This document shows, one piece after another, positions 48,975 through 58,656 of a stretch of DNA of 64,000 bases (its first letter is position 1; every line of letters starts with the position of its first letter). The notes beneath the pieces are model-generated. The model was given only the letters and a program-made list of their open reading frames with translations, did no database searches and was not told where the DNA came from. The position numbers and the translations under genes are program-made. Origin of the DNA: an uncultured virus (IMG/VR IMGVR_UViG_3300005526_000009) (Duplodnaviria > Heunggongvirae > Uroviricota > Caudoviricetes); the IMG/VR virus record IMGVR_UViG_3300005526_000009, one strand, 5' to 3'.

Positions 48975-49904
48975 CTATTGGGCTACGTTAGTAACTGTGA
49001 AGGTTGTTGCAGTGAACTGCAAGTTCTGCATGATATAGGCGTTGTCACCTGCGGTCTTTGGCTCATCTTTTGTGGTAAACACAACACCTGTCATTGTGAG
49101 GTCACATGAGGGTGAGTCATTCAATTTGTATGTTACCGTGAACTTTGTGAAGTTATCCAATAACGTTTCCAATGCCTTACCGGTCAAATAGAGTGAGAGA
49201 CTGCCAGAGACTTTCCTATAGCCGTTTTTGATGAAGAAGAAGCTGTCGTTTGCTGTGGCGTCTGCCGGTGTTGGGTTTCTCTCAACGGAGATTGAACCGG
49301 ATACCATATAGTAGTTAACTCCGTCCACTGTGAGGGGCTGTGATGTGGTTGGGTTGGGTGACAGGTTACTCCAGAATCTTGTGGTTGGTGCTGCTGGGAA
49401 TGTCAGTGTTGCGTTGGTGGCCAATCCCAAGTCCAATTTCAACTCATCAAGTGTCATGTAGTTGGATATGCTTTTGCACACAAAGGAATGGCTGATGCTA
49501 TAGTAGTTGCCAAGGTCAATGCCAACTGTGTCAGTGATTACTCCCCTGTATCTTTTGTAGAACGGTGAGTTGTTTAGTTTCAGGGGCTGGATGATGGATA
49601 TGGTCTTGTCGATGGAGCCTGATCCGAATCCAAGTTCTGTTCCCCTTCTGAGGAAGTCTGTTGCGATGAGTTTGTAGGATGTGTCCAGGCTGTTCTGTTT
49701 CTTGGATTGGACAATATCATAGATATCCTCTGAGCCAAACACATAGGGTGCATCATTGTCCCATGCCTTTGTCTCATTGAATGAGTCTAACACAGGTAAC
49801 GCCGCTAGCGTAGGTGTGCTTACTGGATTTCCACCGACAGTAGGTTCTTCGAAGAAGACTGGTATATCATTAATGTCAACATTTGCTGTTGGAGTAACAC
49901 TCAT
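48975..49904 (-). CDS. Putative major tail tube protein
   Basis: ~310 aa Thr/Ser-rich beta protein with FEE...G..P N-terminus and SGSISVER...GYRKVSGSL...FTA C-terminal pattern. Confidence 0.7.
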   Translation of the reverse strand: MSVTPTANVDINDIPVFFEEPTVGGNPVSTPTLAALPVLDSFNETKAWDNDAPYVFGSEDIYDIVQSKKQNSLDTSYKLIATDFLRRGTELGFGSGSIDKTISIIQPLKLNNSPFYKRYRGVITDTVGIDLGNYYSISHSFVCKSISNYMTLDELKLDLGLATNATLTFPAAPTTRFWSNLSPNPTTSQPLTVDGVNYYMVSGSISVERNPTPADATANDSFFFIKNGYRKVSGSLSLYLTGKALETLLDNFTKFTVTYKLNDSPSCDLTMTGVVFTTKDEPKTAGDNAYIMQNLQFTATTFTVTNVAQ

Positions 49905-49935
49905 AATATTAAATAGTTCTTTGCGGTATTAAAAG

Positions 49936-50385
49936 ATGATGGCACTAGCAGATAGAGACACAGTTGTAAGGCTAATTGGCAATCCCAATGTGAGGGAACA
50001 GGAGAAGTTGGACATTGATGATGTTCTGGTTAGCACGGACAACAGGATATTTGAGGTTACTAGAAAGGATGACTGGACTGAGGGTGAGTATGGGTATGAT
50101 TGGGCGCAGGATGCCGCAAACAAAATGGCTGCTGCGGAGTTATTGAACCAGTGGTATGATCCCACACTGAAGGCAGACAAATACTATAAGCAGTATACTG
50201 ATGACATTGAGATGTTAAGGAGGATTGGTTATGGCGGGACAAAGGATAGTGGCAACCCGCTGTTTCAGGTTGAGGTTGGCTCCTACAAAAAGACGGTGGA
50301 TTCAATAGGACCTTTTGTGAGCAAGGGTTTCTTTGGTGCGGAATATATTGATAATGGAGGTAACACCGGTGAGTTTACCTATTAG
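49936..50385 (+). CDS. Putative head-tail adaptor
   Basis: VRLIG...helical protein ...AAAELL...Y; located among morphogenesis genes. Confidence 0.45.
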   Translation: MMALADRDTVVRLIGNPNVREQEKLDIDDVLVSTDNRIFEVTRKDDWTEGEYGYDWAQDAANKMAAAELLNQWYDPTLKADKYYKQYTDDIEMLRRIGYGGTKDSGNPLFQVEVGSYKKTVDSIGPFVSKGFFGAEYIDNGGNTGEFTY

Positions 50386-50974
50386 CCAGTGGCGCTGGGT
50401 CTCCCCACAGACAAACAAGCCAGTGGAGGAGGAATGGCATATCGTTCTTGAACAGGGACTGTATGACCATTTCCCAACAGCATACGCAAATCCACAGGAG
50501 GAAACGGACAAGCCCTATCTGCTGAGGGATGAGATAGCGTTTGGTGTAACCGATGCTGACTTTCTTGCTGGCAATGAGATAGGGATAATAAGTTGTGTGA
50601 ATAATAACAGCCCACCATACAGGGTATGGCTTGGTGGCAGAGTGCGCACCAGAAAAGTGTATGTTCAGGTAGAGTTCTCCTATAGGTCAACACTTGATGG
50701 AAGCAACAGGGATTTGTTGAGTAACAAACAACCGATATTCAACCAGACAAAAAGAATAATAGACTCAATAATGAGTTCCAATCCCAGGTTGTTGTTTGAC
50801 TATGGACTTACATACATCAACACAAACCCAAGTGTGATACAGGATGGTAGGGCATTTACCAATTTTGGAATGACTGGAACCCTACAACCACAGTTCTTAC
50901 AGACGTTGCAGGATGACTATAAGTGGAGGTATATCCAGCTATACCTGATAGAAATAACAGAGATGCTGGTTTAG
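50333..50974 (+). CDS. Putative tail terminator/neck protein (start uncertain)
   Basis: Position and alpha/beta pattern only. Confidence 0.4.
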   Translation: MVRNILIMEVTPVSLPISQWRWVSPQTNKPVEEEWHIVLEQGLYDHFPTAYANPQEETDKPYLLRDEIAFGVTDADFLAGNEIGIISCVNNNSPPYRVWLGGRVRTRKVYVQVEFSYRSTLDGSNRDLLSNKQPIFNQTKRIIDSIMSSNPRLLFDYGLTYINTNPSVIQDGRAFTNFGMTGTLQPQFLQTLQDDYKWRYIQLYLIEITEMLV

Positions 50975-51280
50975 TTAGTGTGGTGTCATGGATGTCAGTA
51001 TAAAACCGACAGCAAATATAATAAAACCTATTGCAAACACCTCACCAAAATGCCCTTCCAGTCTTTCCACCCTATACCATTTTCCATACCTATCATATTC
51101 ATTTTCTGATGTCAGGGTAAGTATTGGCAACCCTATGAACATGACACCTACCGGCATGGAGATAAACACCACATCCCAGAATAGGTTATAGGATTGCATA
51201 AACATCATGTGTATCAATATCACATAAACGGCAACAGGTATTATCAGAACGACTATTAACAGCCAATCTCCTTGTGCCAT
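50975..51280 (-). CDS. Membrane protein
   Basis: Three hydrophobic segments. Confidence 0.55.
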   Translation of the reverse strand: MAQGDWLLIVVLIIPVAVYVILIHMMFMQSYNLFWDVVFISMPVGVMFIGLPILTLTSENEYDRYGKWYRVERLEGHFGEVFAIGFIIFAVGFILTSMTPH

Positions 51281-51666
51281 TATTGTATAACACATCCATG
51301 TTTTCTGGCAATTTGTATAAGTATTTTTTTGATTCGGGAATGAATGTTCTTTATGATTTTAATATCCAATGAGTTGATTGATACATAATTCTCACCACCA
51401 TCATATTCCCTATATATCCTGACAGATTTGGCTCCGGTAAAATCATCATTGTTGCGGTCTATTTTGTAGTTGGTGTTGCCGATTCCAAAGTTATACTCAC
51501 CTGGTATCAGATCAATAAATGATTCATAGATTTTGGCAAGTAGTTTCTGCTTCTCATTAATCTTTCTGGCATACTCTTCCTCTCTCTGCTTCTGTATTTC
51601 CTTTTCCAATTGATGTTTTATGATAACCTTTTGGTTAATGCATGAAATGATATCATCAATTTCCAT
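51280..51666 (-). CDS. Hypothetical coiled-coil protein
   Basis: ORF, AT-rich. Confidence 0.55.
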   Translation of the reverse strand: MEIDDIISCINQKVIIKHQLEKEIQKQREEEYARKINEKQKLLAKIYESFIDLIPGEYNFGIGNTNYKIDRNNDDFTGAKSVRIYREYDGGENYVSINSLDIKIIKNIHSRIKKILIQIARKHGCVIQ

Positions 51667-51743
51667 TAAAAAATAAAAATGAAGTGGATAATAAAAATTT
51701 GGTTATTTTCTATCTGGGTTTGTGGTGCGGATTGTTGTTATCA

Positions 51744-52211
51744 CTAAATGTCGAAGCTGGTTTCCTTCCATGTGAAGCTGATGGGTTTTGTGACCGGTGA
51801 GCCGTCCTGTGGGTCATCTTCCGTAACAATAAATTCAAGGTTCTTGGTTACTTCTGGGTCTACCATATAGTCATAAACGGATTTGCCGTTTCTGTCAGGC
51901 TCATATACCAGTTCCTCAGCGATGATTTCGTTGGTCAGGTTGTTGCGCCTTGTCTGTCTGGTTGGTTTCTGGATTGCCAAAATGACATCATTAATCAACG
52001 CCTTTCTCTTCTCAATTCTTTTCTGCCTTGCTGATGCGTCATCCAAAGCCTGATCTGCCTTGCCTATAAAGTCCGCAACATTGATGTTCTTTCCGTCAGT
52101 TGGTGGTGCGACATCTGCCTGTGGTTGCTGGATGTTGACAACATTGCCACGTGCAACAGGTGCATTGGTTCCAATGACGATATTGTTCTGATCTTCTTGA
52201 TTATTTGCCAT
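51744..52211 (-). CDS. Hypothetical protein
   Basis: ORF with TATA-like TTTAAAA upstream and a T-tract downstream. Confidence 0.6.
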   Translation of the reverse strand: MANNQEDQNNIVIGTNAPVARGNVVNIQQPQADVAPPTDGKNINVADFIGKADQALDDASARQKRIEKRKALINDVILAIQKPTRQTRRNNLTNEIIAEELVYEPDRNGKSVYDYMVDPEVTKNLEFIVTEDDPQDGSPVTKPISFTWKETSFDI

Positions 52212-52237
52212 ACATATAATATATCGTTACTATGCTT

Positions 52238-52531
52238 TTAAATCTTCTTGAACACATATTTCCCATCACGAATTTTCTCCACTATCTCATAACCCTCTGA
52301 TATCGCATAGAATATCAATGGGAACACGTCTGGTTCGTGCATGGTGCTGTCGTTATGGTGTGTGTAAATCTTCCAGATGCGGTAACGGCGTTCATCATGG
52401 GTAACATCCCTTATCGGTTCCACCAGGCTGGAACTGGCCACACCCTTCCTGTATATGCAGACAAGCTTGTCATGTTCCACATCATACCTAACTTCCCATA
52501 TGTTGCGACTGTCGTTAAATCGTATATGCAT
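52238..52531 (-). CDS. Hypothetical protein, probable paralog family A
   Basis: Ends EGY...YVFKK. Confidence 0.55.
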   Translation of the reverse strand: MHIRFNDSRNIWEVRYDVEHDKLVCIYRKGVASSSLVEPIRDVTHDERRYRIWKIYTHHNDSTMHEPDVFPLIFYAISEGYEIVEKIRDGKYVFKKI

Positions 52532-52585
52532 ACAAGACGTTTCTATTCAATAGACTTATAAATATATGCCTACCAGAGAATAGGT

Positions 52586-53398
52586 ATGCCGTTCAAAGTT
52601 TTAAAAGTAGCAGAAAAAGCACCAGAGAATTCAGAATACATCCAAAGGAAACAGGATGCAGCAAAGGCCAAGGGTTTCCTCTATGAGTTGACTGATGAGG
52701 ACAACCGCATAGATGCCCTGCATAAGAGGGAGGATTTGGTTGTTACCCAGTCACTAAACAGTATTGACAGGGTTAGCACACAGAATGGTGAGTTTTTGGT
52801 GCTGAGTGTTAATAACAAGTTCCAGACAGTTGATGGTGTTGATGTTGACAGGTATGTTGATCCGGAGGGATTGACTGAGGAACCAATAACAAAGATAGAT
52901 GACAGGACAGGACAGGAGGTTGTTGTGCCTGGCCAGAACAAGTTGATATACACAATACCATACTCGCCTGAGAAACTCAATGAGATAGTGGGCAAATACA
53001 AAAACCCAAAACAGTTCAGGTGGTATGAGGGTGGACTAACAACCGCAAGAACTATAGTTGGAAACATCTATGAGTGCAAGAATGCTGACTATTTCAAGAA
53101 CGCATCCTTTGAGGAATTGCAGTTGGGGCGTGAAAAGAGATACACATCAAGCAGGATAAACAACCTGAACAAGTTGCGCAGGGAGATAAACAGTGATGAT
53201 GTTGTTGCGGAAACTCCCGTTACCAAACAGACACCTGTTCCCACAACACAGTTCGCAACAATCCCTAAAAGACCCCAAACAGATAATACGGCCAATGCCG
53301 CAACAGTATCTAACAATGACAAATCCGAAAAGGAAAACGAAGATGTCACAATTCCAGCACATGTTAAAGACCTCCCTGTGTCGAAGAAATCTAAGTAA
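52586..53398 (+). CDS. Hypothetical protein
   Basis: 270 aa ORF, TTATAAATA upstream, T-tract downstream. Confidence 0.7.
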   Translation: MPFKVLKVAEKAPENSEYIQRKQDAAKAKGFLYELTDEDNRIDALHKREDLVVTQSLNSIDRVSTQNGEFLVLSVNNKFQTVDGVDVDRYVDPEGLTEEPITKIDDRTGQEVVVPGQNKLIYTIPYSPEKLNEIVGKYKNPKQFRWYEGGLTTARTIVGNIYECKNADYFKNASFEELQLGREKRYTSSRINNLNKLRREINSDDVVAETPVTKQTPVPTTQFATIPKRPQTDNTANAATVSNNDKSEKENEDVTIPAHVKDLPVSKKSK

Positions 53399-53441
53399 CA
53401 TCATCTTTTTTTCCGTTGTCTTTTTTTGCTGTGTGGCATTG

Positions 53442-53876
53442 ATGTCCCATTTGGTCTATGCGATAGTGGATTCTGAATCAAGTATAGAGAAGACATCATC
53501 CCCCTACAAGCCAGACACCATTATCACATACCTTTTGGAAAACCCAATTTCCTCAACCATTATCACAACATTAATTATCACAGTGTCAGCATACACCCTA
53601 AACAAAGGTAAGCAGATGAACCAGACATTGCGGGACATACCAATGCTCAAGCAGAATCAGGAAGAGATGAAGGTGGACCTGAAGGACAATGCTGACCAGA
53701 TTAAGAAGCAGGTTGGCAATCTGGACAACAAAATGGACAAGCAGTTTGGTGAAATCATAAAGGAGCAGCGCAGGATGGAGAATGACATATATAAGAGAAT
53801 ATATGACATATTGTTGTCCATGAAGGAGACACCTGAGACAACAGCTACCGGTAAGCGTAGGTATAAGGGAGACTAA
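53442..53876 (+). CDS. Membrane-anchored coiled-coil protein (probable ATG 53442)
   Basis: TM segment then heptad repeats. Confidence 0.55.
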   Translation: MSHLVYAIVDSESSIEKTSSPYKPDTIITYLLENPISSTIITTLIITVSAYTLNKGKQMNQTLRDIPMLKQNQEEMKVDLKDNADQIKKQVGNLDNKMDKQFGEIIKEQRRMENDIYKRIYDILLSMKETPETTATGKRRYKGD

Positions 53877-53946
53877 GTTCTCTTCTTTTCCATATATTTT
53901 ATAAATTCACAATCTTAATATTTGGTGCGGGATTACGCATCAATAT

Positions 53947-54249
53947 ATGGTATTTCTAATAACAACAGACACTCGCAGGCTGAAGAGTGACCTGGTGCAG
54001 ATAACATTTGTGCTGTCATATAAGGATGCTGAGGTGTTTAAGAGACCTGTTAATGGCATAGGTGGTATGCAGTCATTGTTGCGGGAACTACAGAAGCAGA
54101 TGGAACAAAGAGATAATGACACGATGCTGATGTTGTCCAAAGACCAAATAAAAAGAATCAAACAATACGCAACAAAATACGGTGAGTCAGGCGGGTTCCA
54201 GCAAAGGTTCCAGGGTATACTGAATTCATTAGAGGAACTGAGGATATGA
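53947..54249 (+). CDS. Hypothetical protein
   Basis: GGMQSLL...GGFQQRF repeated motif. Confidence 0.6.
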   Translation: MVFLITTDTRRLKSDLVQITFVLSYKDAEVFKRPVNGIGGMQSLLRELQKQMEQRDNDTMLMLSKDQIKRIKQYATKYGESGGFQQRFQGILNSLEELRI

Positions 54250-54385
54250 TGTTAAAGTTCTGTTGTGCAAGGTTTCAGGTGTTGTATAATAACGCATATT
54301 CCAATCTAGCTTTTGATTCCGTAGAACACAAGTTCTATTTCTTTAGGAAATATAACTATAATGAGGTGATTTATCATTTGGATTA

Positions 54386-54586
54386 TTGCATGTTTTGTGG
54401 TGCGAAGTTATAATGAATAGGTATTGTTGTTCTAAATTAAAGGAAGTTGTTGAAGTGGATGAAAACCTAAAATTCAATAAAAATGGAAAGTTATCTATGT
54501 TCTGGAAACTATATGAACATGAGTTTAACAATGGCATATATGGTGAACCATTCAACTTTTGTCCTTTCTGCGGTGTAAAATTATGA
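54386..54586 (+). CDS. Small Cys protein (start uncertain)
   Basis: YCC...FCPFCG. Confidence 0.55.
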   Translation: MHVLWCEVIMNRYCCSKLKEVVEVDENLKFNKNGKLSMFWKLYEHEFNNGIYGEPFNFCPFCGVKL

Positions 54587-54936
54587 TGGTAACACCAGTA
54601 GATGGTAATAAGAAACGAAGAAGGGTGTCACGTGTCTGCAAGCACAAGTTTGTGAATCCAATATATAATAATAGTGATAACGGTTTTGTGATAAAGTGTG
54701 GATGGTGCAAGCAGGTGTTCCAGACTGTTGAGGAACTTGAAGCCGAATATCAAAGACTGCACATCCCCTACAAGAACGTGCCAATTGATGTATACAAAAA
54801 GGATGATGTCAACCAGTCGGAGTGGGATCCTACCAAAGAGAAGGAGCATTACAGGCAGTCTGACCACTATGTTGGCAAGAGTGTTGGTGCGCATAGAAGT
54901 AACAAAAACCACTATAGTGGTTTCAGGTGGTGGTAA
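54559..54936 (+). CDS. Zn-binding hypothetical protein (start uncertain)
   Basis: CKH...CGWC. Confidence 0.5.
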   Translation: MSFLRCKIMMVTPVDGNKKRRRVSRVCKHKFVNPIYNNSDNGFVIKCGWCKQVFQTVEELEAEYQRLHIPYKNVPIDVYKKDDVNQSEWDPTKEKEHYRQSDHYVGKSVGAHRSNKNHYSGFRWW

Positions 54937-55148
54937 TAATACCAATGACCGTTAGAAAATACTACCACTATGAGATTACGCAATTGAATGCGGATGAGTA
55001 TGAGATAAGGAACAAAAAGAAGAATGTGACATATTCGGTTGTGAATACGGTGCGGGATGGTTTGAAATGTAACTGTGACGCTACTAATTTTGGGACTGTA
55101 ATATGCAAGCACAAAAAAATGATAATAAAATTATACTATAATCAATAA
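54927..55148 (+). CDS. SWIM Zn-finger protein
   Basis: CNCD...CKHK. Confidence 0.7.
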   Translation: MVVIIPMTVRKYYHYEITQLNADEYEIRNKKKNVTYSVVNTVRDGLKCNCDATNFGTVICKHKKMIIKLYYNQ

Positions 55149-55152
55149 GCTA

Positions 55153-55347
55153 TTATTTTTTCTTTCCTTTTGGTTTTTTGTTTGCTGCTTCCTTTTTTGA
55201 TGCTGCGGCTTTTTTCCCCTTAACGTTACCAGGTGGTGCTGATTTGTTTGAGCCTTTGGATGCTGATTCTGCTGCTGGCATGAATGGTGTTGCCTTTTTG
55301 TTTTTTAGTTCCTTTGGTGATTTCTTAACCATATCTGTGTCTAACAA
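55153..55347 (-). CDS. Small Lys/Ala-rich basic protein
   Basis: KKSPKELKNKK...KKPKGKKK; TATA-like CTTATATA upstream. Confidence 0.6.
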   Translation of the reverse strand: MLDTDMVKKSPKELKNKKATPFMPAAESASKGSNKSAPPGNVKGKKAAASKKEAANKKPKGKKK

Positions 55348-55443
55348 AAAATATAATAGTATGTTATATAAGTGTTAAGCATAAAATGAAAAATAAATAG
55401 GTTTAATATTGGTCTGGAAATTATATGCCAAAAATGTTATCAG

Positions 55444-55470
55444 AATAAAAATTATAAAAAAAAGAAATAG
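55444..55470 (-). terminator. Oligo-T archaeal-type terminator after the capsid gene
   Basis: TTTCTTTTTTTTATAATTTTT on the minus strand just after the stop codon. Confidence 0.5.
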
Positions 55471-55491
55471 ATAATTTGTTATCTTACTAGG

Positions 55492-56697
55492 TCATGCTAT
55501 AACGCCTGTGGCTCCATATATAAGATTCGATTTTATTAGTGCCGTGTTAAAATATGTGCGAGTATTAGTGCCATAGTAACCTACCTCTCTGTTTTCGAAT
55601 GGAACTGTTCTGATTCCACCATATAATTGCCAGATGGCGTTCTGGTTCCATGTGAAGAACCTGTTTGTGGTAAAGAGTGAATCTTCCACGAAGGTTAATC
55701 CTGGGAATGCTGGATATGATGTTTTGGTGCTGAGGATTGTGTTGGTGAAGGGTATCTCCAAGTTGTTCTGCTGTCCCATGAGTTGGGTTGTTGCCATGTT
55801 TCTGTAGAATGCTTCGAAAACGTCGGGATGCATACCAGCAAACTGTGTCTTGAAGTTTATGTATTGGTCATTGATTAATCTTACTGCTTCCCTTATGTCA
55901 TCATATGCATAGTTGGTAAAGTGGTCTGTTGCGGTAAGTGTCTTCCAGTTTGCCTGTGAACCGGTGTTGCCGACTGCATTGATGATTGCTGCGACATCTT
56001 TTGTTCTGCGTAATTCGATTTTGCCTGCGAGTGCATTGAGTAAGAGATTATCCAGGTTCTGGATATCAAGGTTGACCAACCCAAGTTCATAGGAGAATGC
56101 AGTCCTGAAACCCCATCTCTTTGTATTGAGTGTGTAACTCAGTATATCGAGTGATGGAATGTCCTTTGGAATGGTGAACTCACCCTGCAACTGCAAGAGG
56201 TCTTCCCCAACGTTCTGGACATCAAGTATCTTAATGCCGTTAAAGTCGTTGGTGTTCTCTACCCTAATGGTTGAAAGCAAGTCATGATCCTGCTGTTCCA
56301 TGGAAACTATGGTTATTAGTCTTGGGATTGATTTGACTGAGGAGAATGTCTCTGCTGTTATAATCTCGTTATATCGTGGTGAACGGTCTTCTTTTGCGGC
56401 TCTTGCGGTTTCCTCAACATATTTCTGGCGTTCATTAAGGTGTTCCCCTTTCCATCCAAGAACTGCCTTTTCAAGTGGGTTGGTTATTTTTTCCTTTTTC
56501 TCGTTGAATTCCTTAAGGTCAAATGCCCGTTTCCCTGTGGGGTCTGGATATTTGACATAACCTAGGTTGATGTCACCCTCAATAAAGTCCTGAGTTCCGG
56601 CTCTATACCATGTGGAGATATCAGTTTCATGATATGCCCTATGTTTAGAAGCGTTCTCTAATAGTGTTGGTTGCTGTAATATTGTTTGTGAACTCAT
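55492..56697 (-). CDS. Putative major capsid protein (HK97 fold)
   Basis: 401 aa; GE..IP, KRWG....SYEL, MHPDVF pattern; follows scaffold and decoration genes. Confidence 0.65.
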   Translation of the reverse strand: MSSQTILQQPTLLENASKHRAYHETDISTWYRAGTQDFIEGDINLGYVKYPDPTGKRAFDLKEFNEKKEKITNPLEKAVLGWKGEHLNERQKYVEETARAAKEDRSPRYNEIITAETFSSVKSIPRLITIVSMEQQDHDLLSTIRVENTNDFNGIKILDVQNVGEDLLQLQGEFTIPKDIPSLDILSYTLNTKRWGFRTAFSYELGLVNLDIQNLDNLLLNALAGKIELRRTKDVAAIINAVGNTGSQANWKTLTATDHFTNYAYDDIREAVRLINDQYINFKTQFAGMHPDVFEAFYRNMATTQLMGQQNNLEIPFTNTILSTKTSYPAFPGLTFVEDSLFTTNRFFTWNQNAIWQLYGGIRTVPFENREVGYYGTNTRTYFNTALIKSNLIYGATGVIA

Positions 56698-56733
56698 GTC
56701 TATATCACTTTATACCTAATTATAGTATATTAA

Positions 56734-57225
56734 CTAAGCTCTCGGCTGTAGTAACTGAACGATAACATTATCGTTTAATGCGGCGTTAGTGTATGCGTTT
56801 GCGATGTTGTCCTTCCAGAACTCAGATGCCTTGCAGATGAATTTACCAACTAGCTTATCGGTTCCTGCATCGGTTCCGGCTGTGGCTGCGGTTTCAACAG
56901 AGCCTGCTACTGTAGTTGAGAATATCACATCATCACCTGGTATGATTGCACCTGAGCTTTTTAGTGTTACCCAAACTTCAGTTCCATGGCCAAAGATTAC
57001 CTCTCGTTGGCCATCATATGTTCCGTTTAGGTTAGAGAGAACTACCATGCCAAAGTATTTGCTTGTTGCTGATGTTGCGGGAAGTTTGAAGTATCCATTG
57101 GTTCTGTCCCAAACCACTAAGTTACCTGCTATCTGATTTTCCCCTGATTTGGTTTTTACCATCTCAGTAGGATGGCCTAAAGGCTTAACAATTGTCCCTA
57201 GGCTTGTTTTAAATGTTCCAACCAT
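56734..57225 (-). CDS. Putative capsid decoration/cement protein
   Basis: Small beta protein (AG.LV...G.V...I..GD.V) between the scaffold and capsid genes. Confidence 0.55.
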   Translation of the reverse strand: MVGTFKTSLGTIVKPLGHPTEMVKTKSGENQIAGNLVVWDRTNGYFKLPATSATSKYFGMVVLSNLNGTYDGQREVIFGHGTEVWVTLKSSGAIIPGDDVIFSTTVAGSVETAATAGTDAGTDKLVGKFICKASEFWKDNIANAYTNAALNDNVIVQLLQPRA

Positions 57226-57310
57226 AAGGTATAATGTATGAAAAAGCTATTTAAGGATTGTTAATGATTGAGGAACTAAATGTTAAAAAAAGAGGATTGT
57301 TTTTAAAAAA

Positions 57311-58648
57311 TTAGGCATATTCCAATTGGAAGTAACCACTTAGGTCATCTTCTGCTTTCTTGGAACTGTCTACCGTCTCATTGTATTGAGTGGATTTGGT
57401 GACATCTTCAGGGTTGTATACTCTGGAGTTATACATTGTCTTTTTGCCGGATGTCTCTGCCGCAAGTTTTGGGTATGCCTTTGCGACAAACCATTTGACA
57501 TCTGCTCGGTCAATGTCATATTTCTCTATAACGGATAGGAGATGTTCCCTTTCTTTTGTAAAGTCTTCCTCATTTTTGAATAAGCGTTGATCAATTGTTG
57601 ACTCTAGAAAGTCCTCACGCCACACACGTTTGCCTTCGTTGACTGATTTTTCGAGTTGTGCAATGCGTTTCTGTGCTTCGGTTTCCTGTTCCTTGTTTTC
57701 CTCTTTAACAGGTTCCTGTTCTTTATTTTCTTTTGGTTGATTCTTTGATTCCTTTGCGGCCTTGTTTTCCTGCTCGGTCATCAAGGGGTTTTCAAATTTG
57801 TTTAAAACATCTAATGGTAACACTTCTGCTGGTGCTGTTACTTCCTTGATGTTGGATTGAGGAACTTTATCGGAAATGGTTTCTTTTGCAACTGTAGGCT
57901 CTTTGGCCACTTCCTGCTGTTGCTGGACTGTTGATGCTGTTGATTGCTGACTCATATTATTATTAACGTTACTGTTGGTATTTATGCTTTCGTTGTTTAG
58001 TATCGATGAGAAGGTGAGTTCCTTTCTGCATGCGTCTCTTGTTCCCTTGCAGACACCCCTAATCAATGCCTTTACCTTACCAAATGCGGGATTGTTGGCG
58101 AATGATATGTGGAATGGCCTTATTTCGTTGAGGGATTTATACACCTTCTTTCCGTTTTCCTTTGTGATTACAGGACCAAACAATGCTATCGATGTAAACA
58201 GTTTGGATGGTTTCTTATGGACGGAAATATAGTCATTCTCTTCCTTGTTCGTGATCTCAACATAGCCGTGCAGGTCAGGCATCACAGAGTTGTATGATAT
58301 CTCAGATGGTTTCTGTATGTCAAACAATGTGCCTATGGCCCCATCCCTTGACTTTTCAATCAATGCCTGCCTTATCTCACAGTCTGTTTTTCCCTGTGAT
58401 TCAAGTTCCCTGAACAACTCATCAAGTTCCAGGTTGTTGTGTTCCGGTGTCACTGGCAACCCAACCATCTCGTTTAGTAGTGGCTCAGGCAGTTCCTTAA
58501 TGTCATTGTAGGGAACGGTGCAGCCGTTACCGTTCTCTATGTTGGACAGCACATGAACCTTGATTATGTGGTTGCCTGTCTCTGAGTTCTTTCCTATTAG
58601 TTGGTTTTCTTCCTGTTGGTGCGGAAGTATCTGCATTGTGTTACTCAT
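57311..58648 (-). CDS. Putative prohead protease/scaffold protein
   Basis: N.NG, G.PV..EH, TS, HISF.NNPAFG (assemblin-like) followed by a long charged scaffold region. Confidence 0.65.
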   Translation of the reverse strand: MSNTMQILPHQQEENQLIGKNSETGNHIIKVHVLSNIENGNGCTVPYNDIKELPEPLLNEMVGLPVTPEHNNLELDELFRELESQGKTDCEIRQALIEKSRDGAIGTLFDIQKPSEISYNSVMPDLHGYVEITNKEENDYISVHKKPSKLFTSIALFGPVITKENGKKVYKSLNEIRPFHISFANNPAFGKVKALIRGVCKGTRDACRKELTFSSILNNESINTNSNVNNNMSQQSTASTVQQQQEVAKEPTVAKETISDKVPQSNIKEVTAPAEVLPLDVLNKFENPLMTEQENKAAKESKNQPKENKEQEPVKEENKEQETEAQKRIAQLEKSVNEGKRVWREDFLESTIDQRLFKNEEDFTKEREHLLSVIEKYDIDRADVKWFVAKAYPKLAAETSGKKTMYNSRVYNPEDVTKSTQYNETVDSSKKAEDDLSGYFQLEYA

Positions 58649-58656
58649 ATATACTA

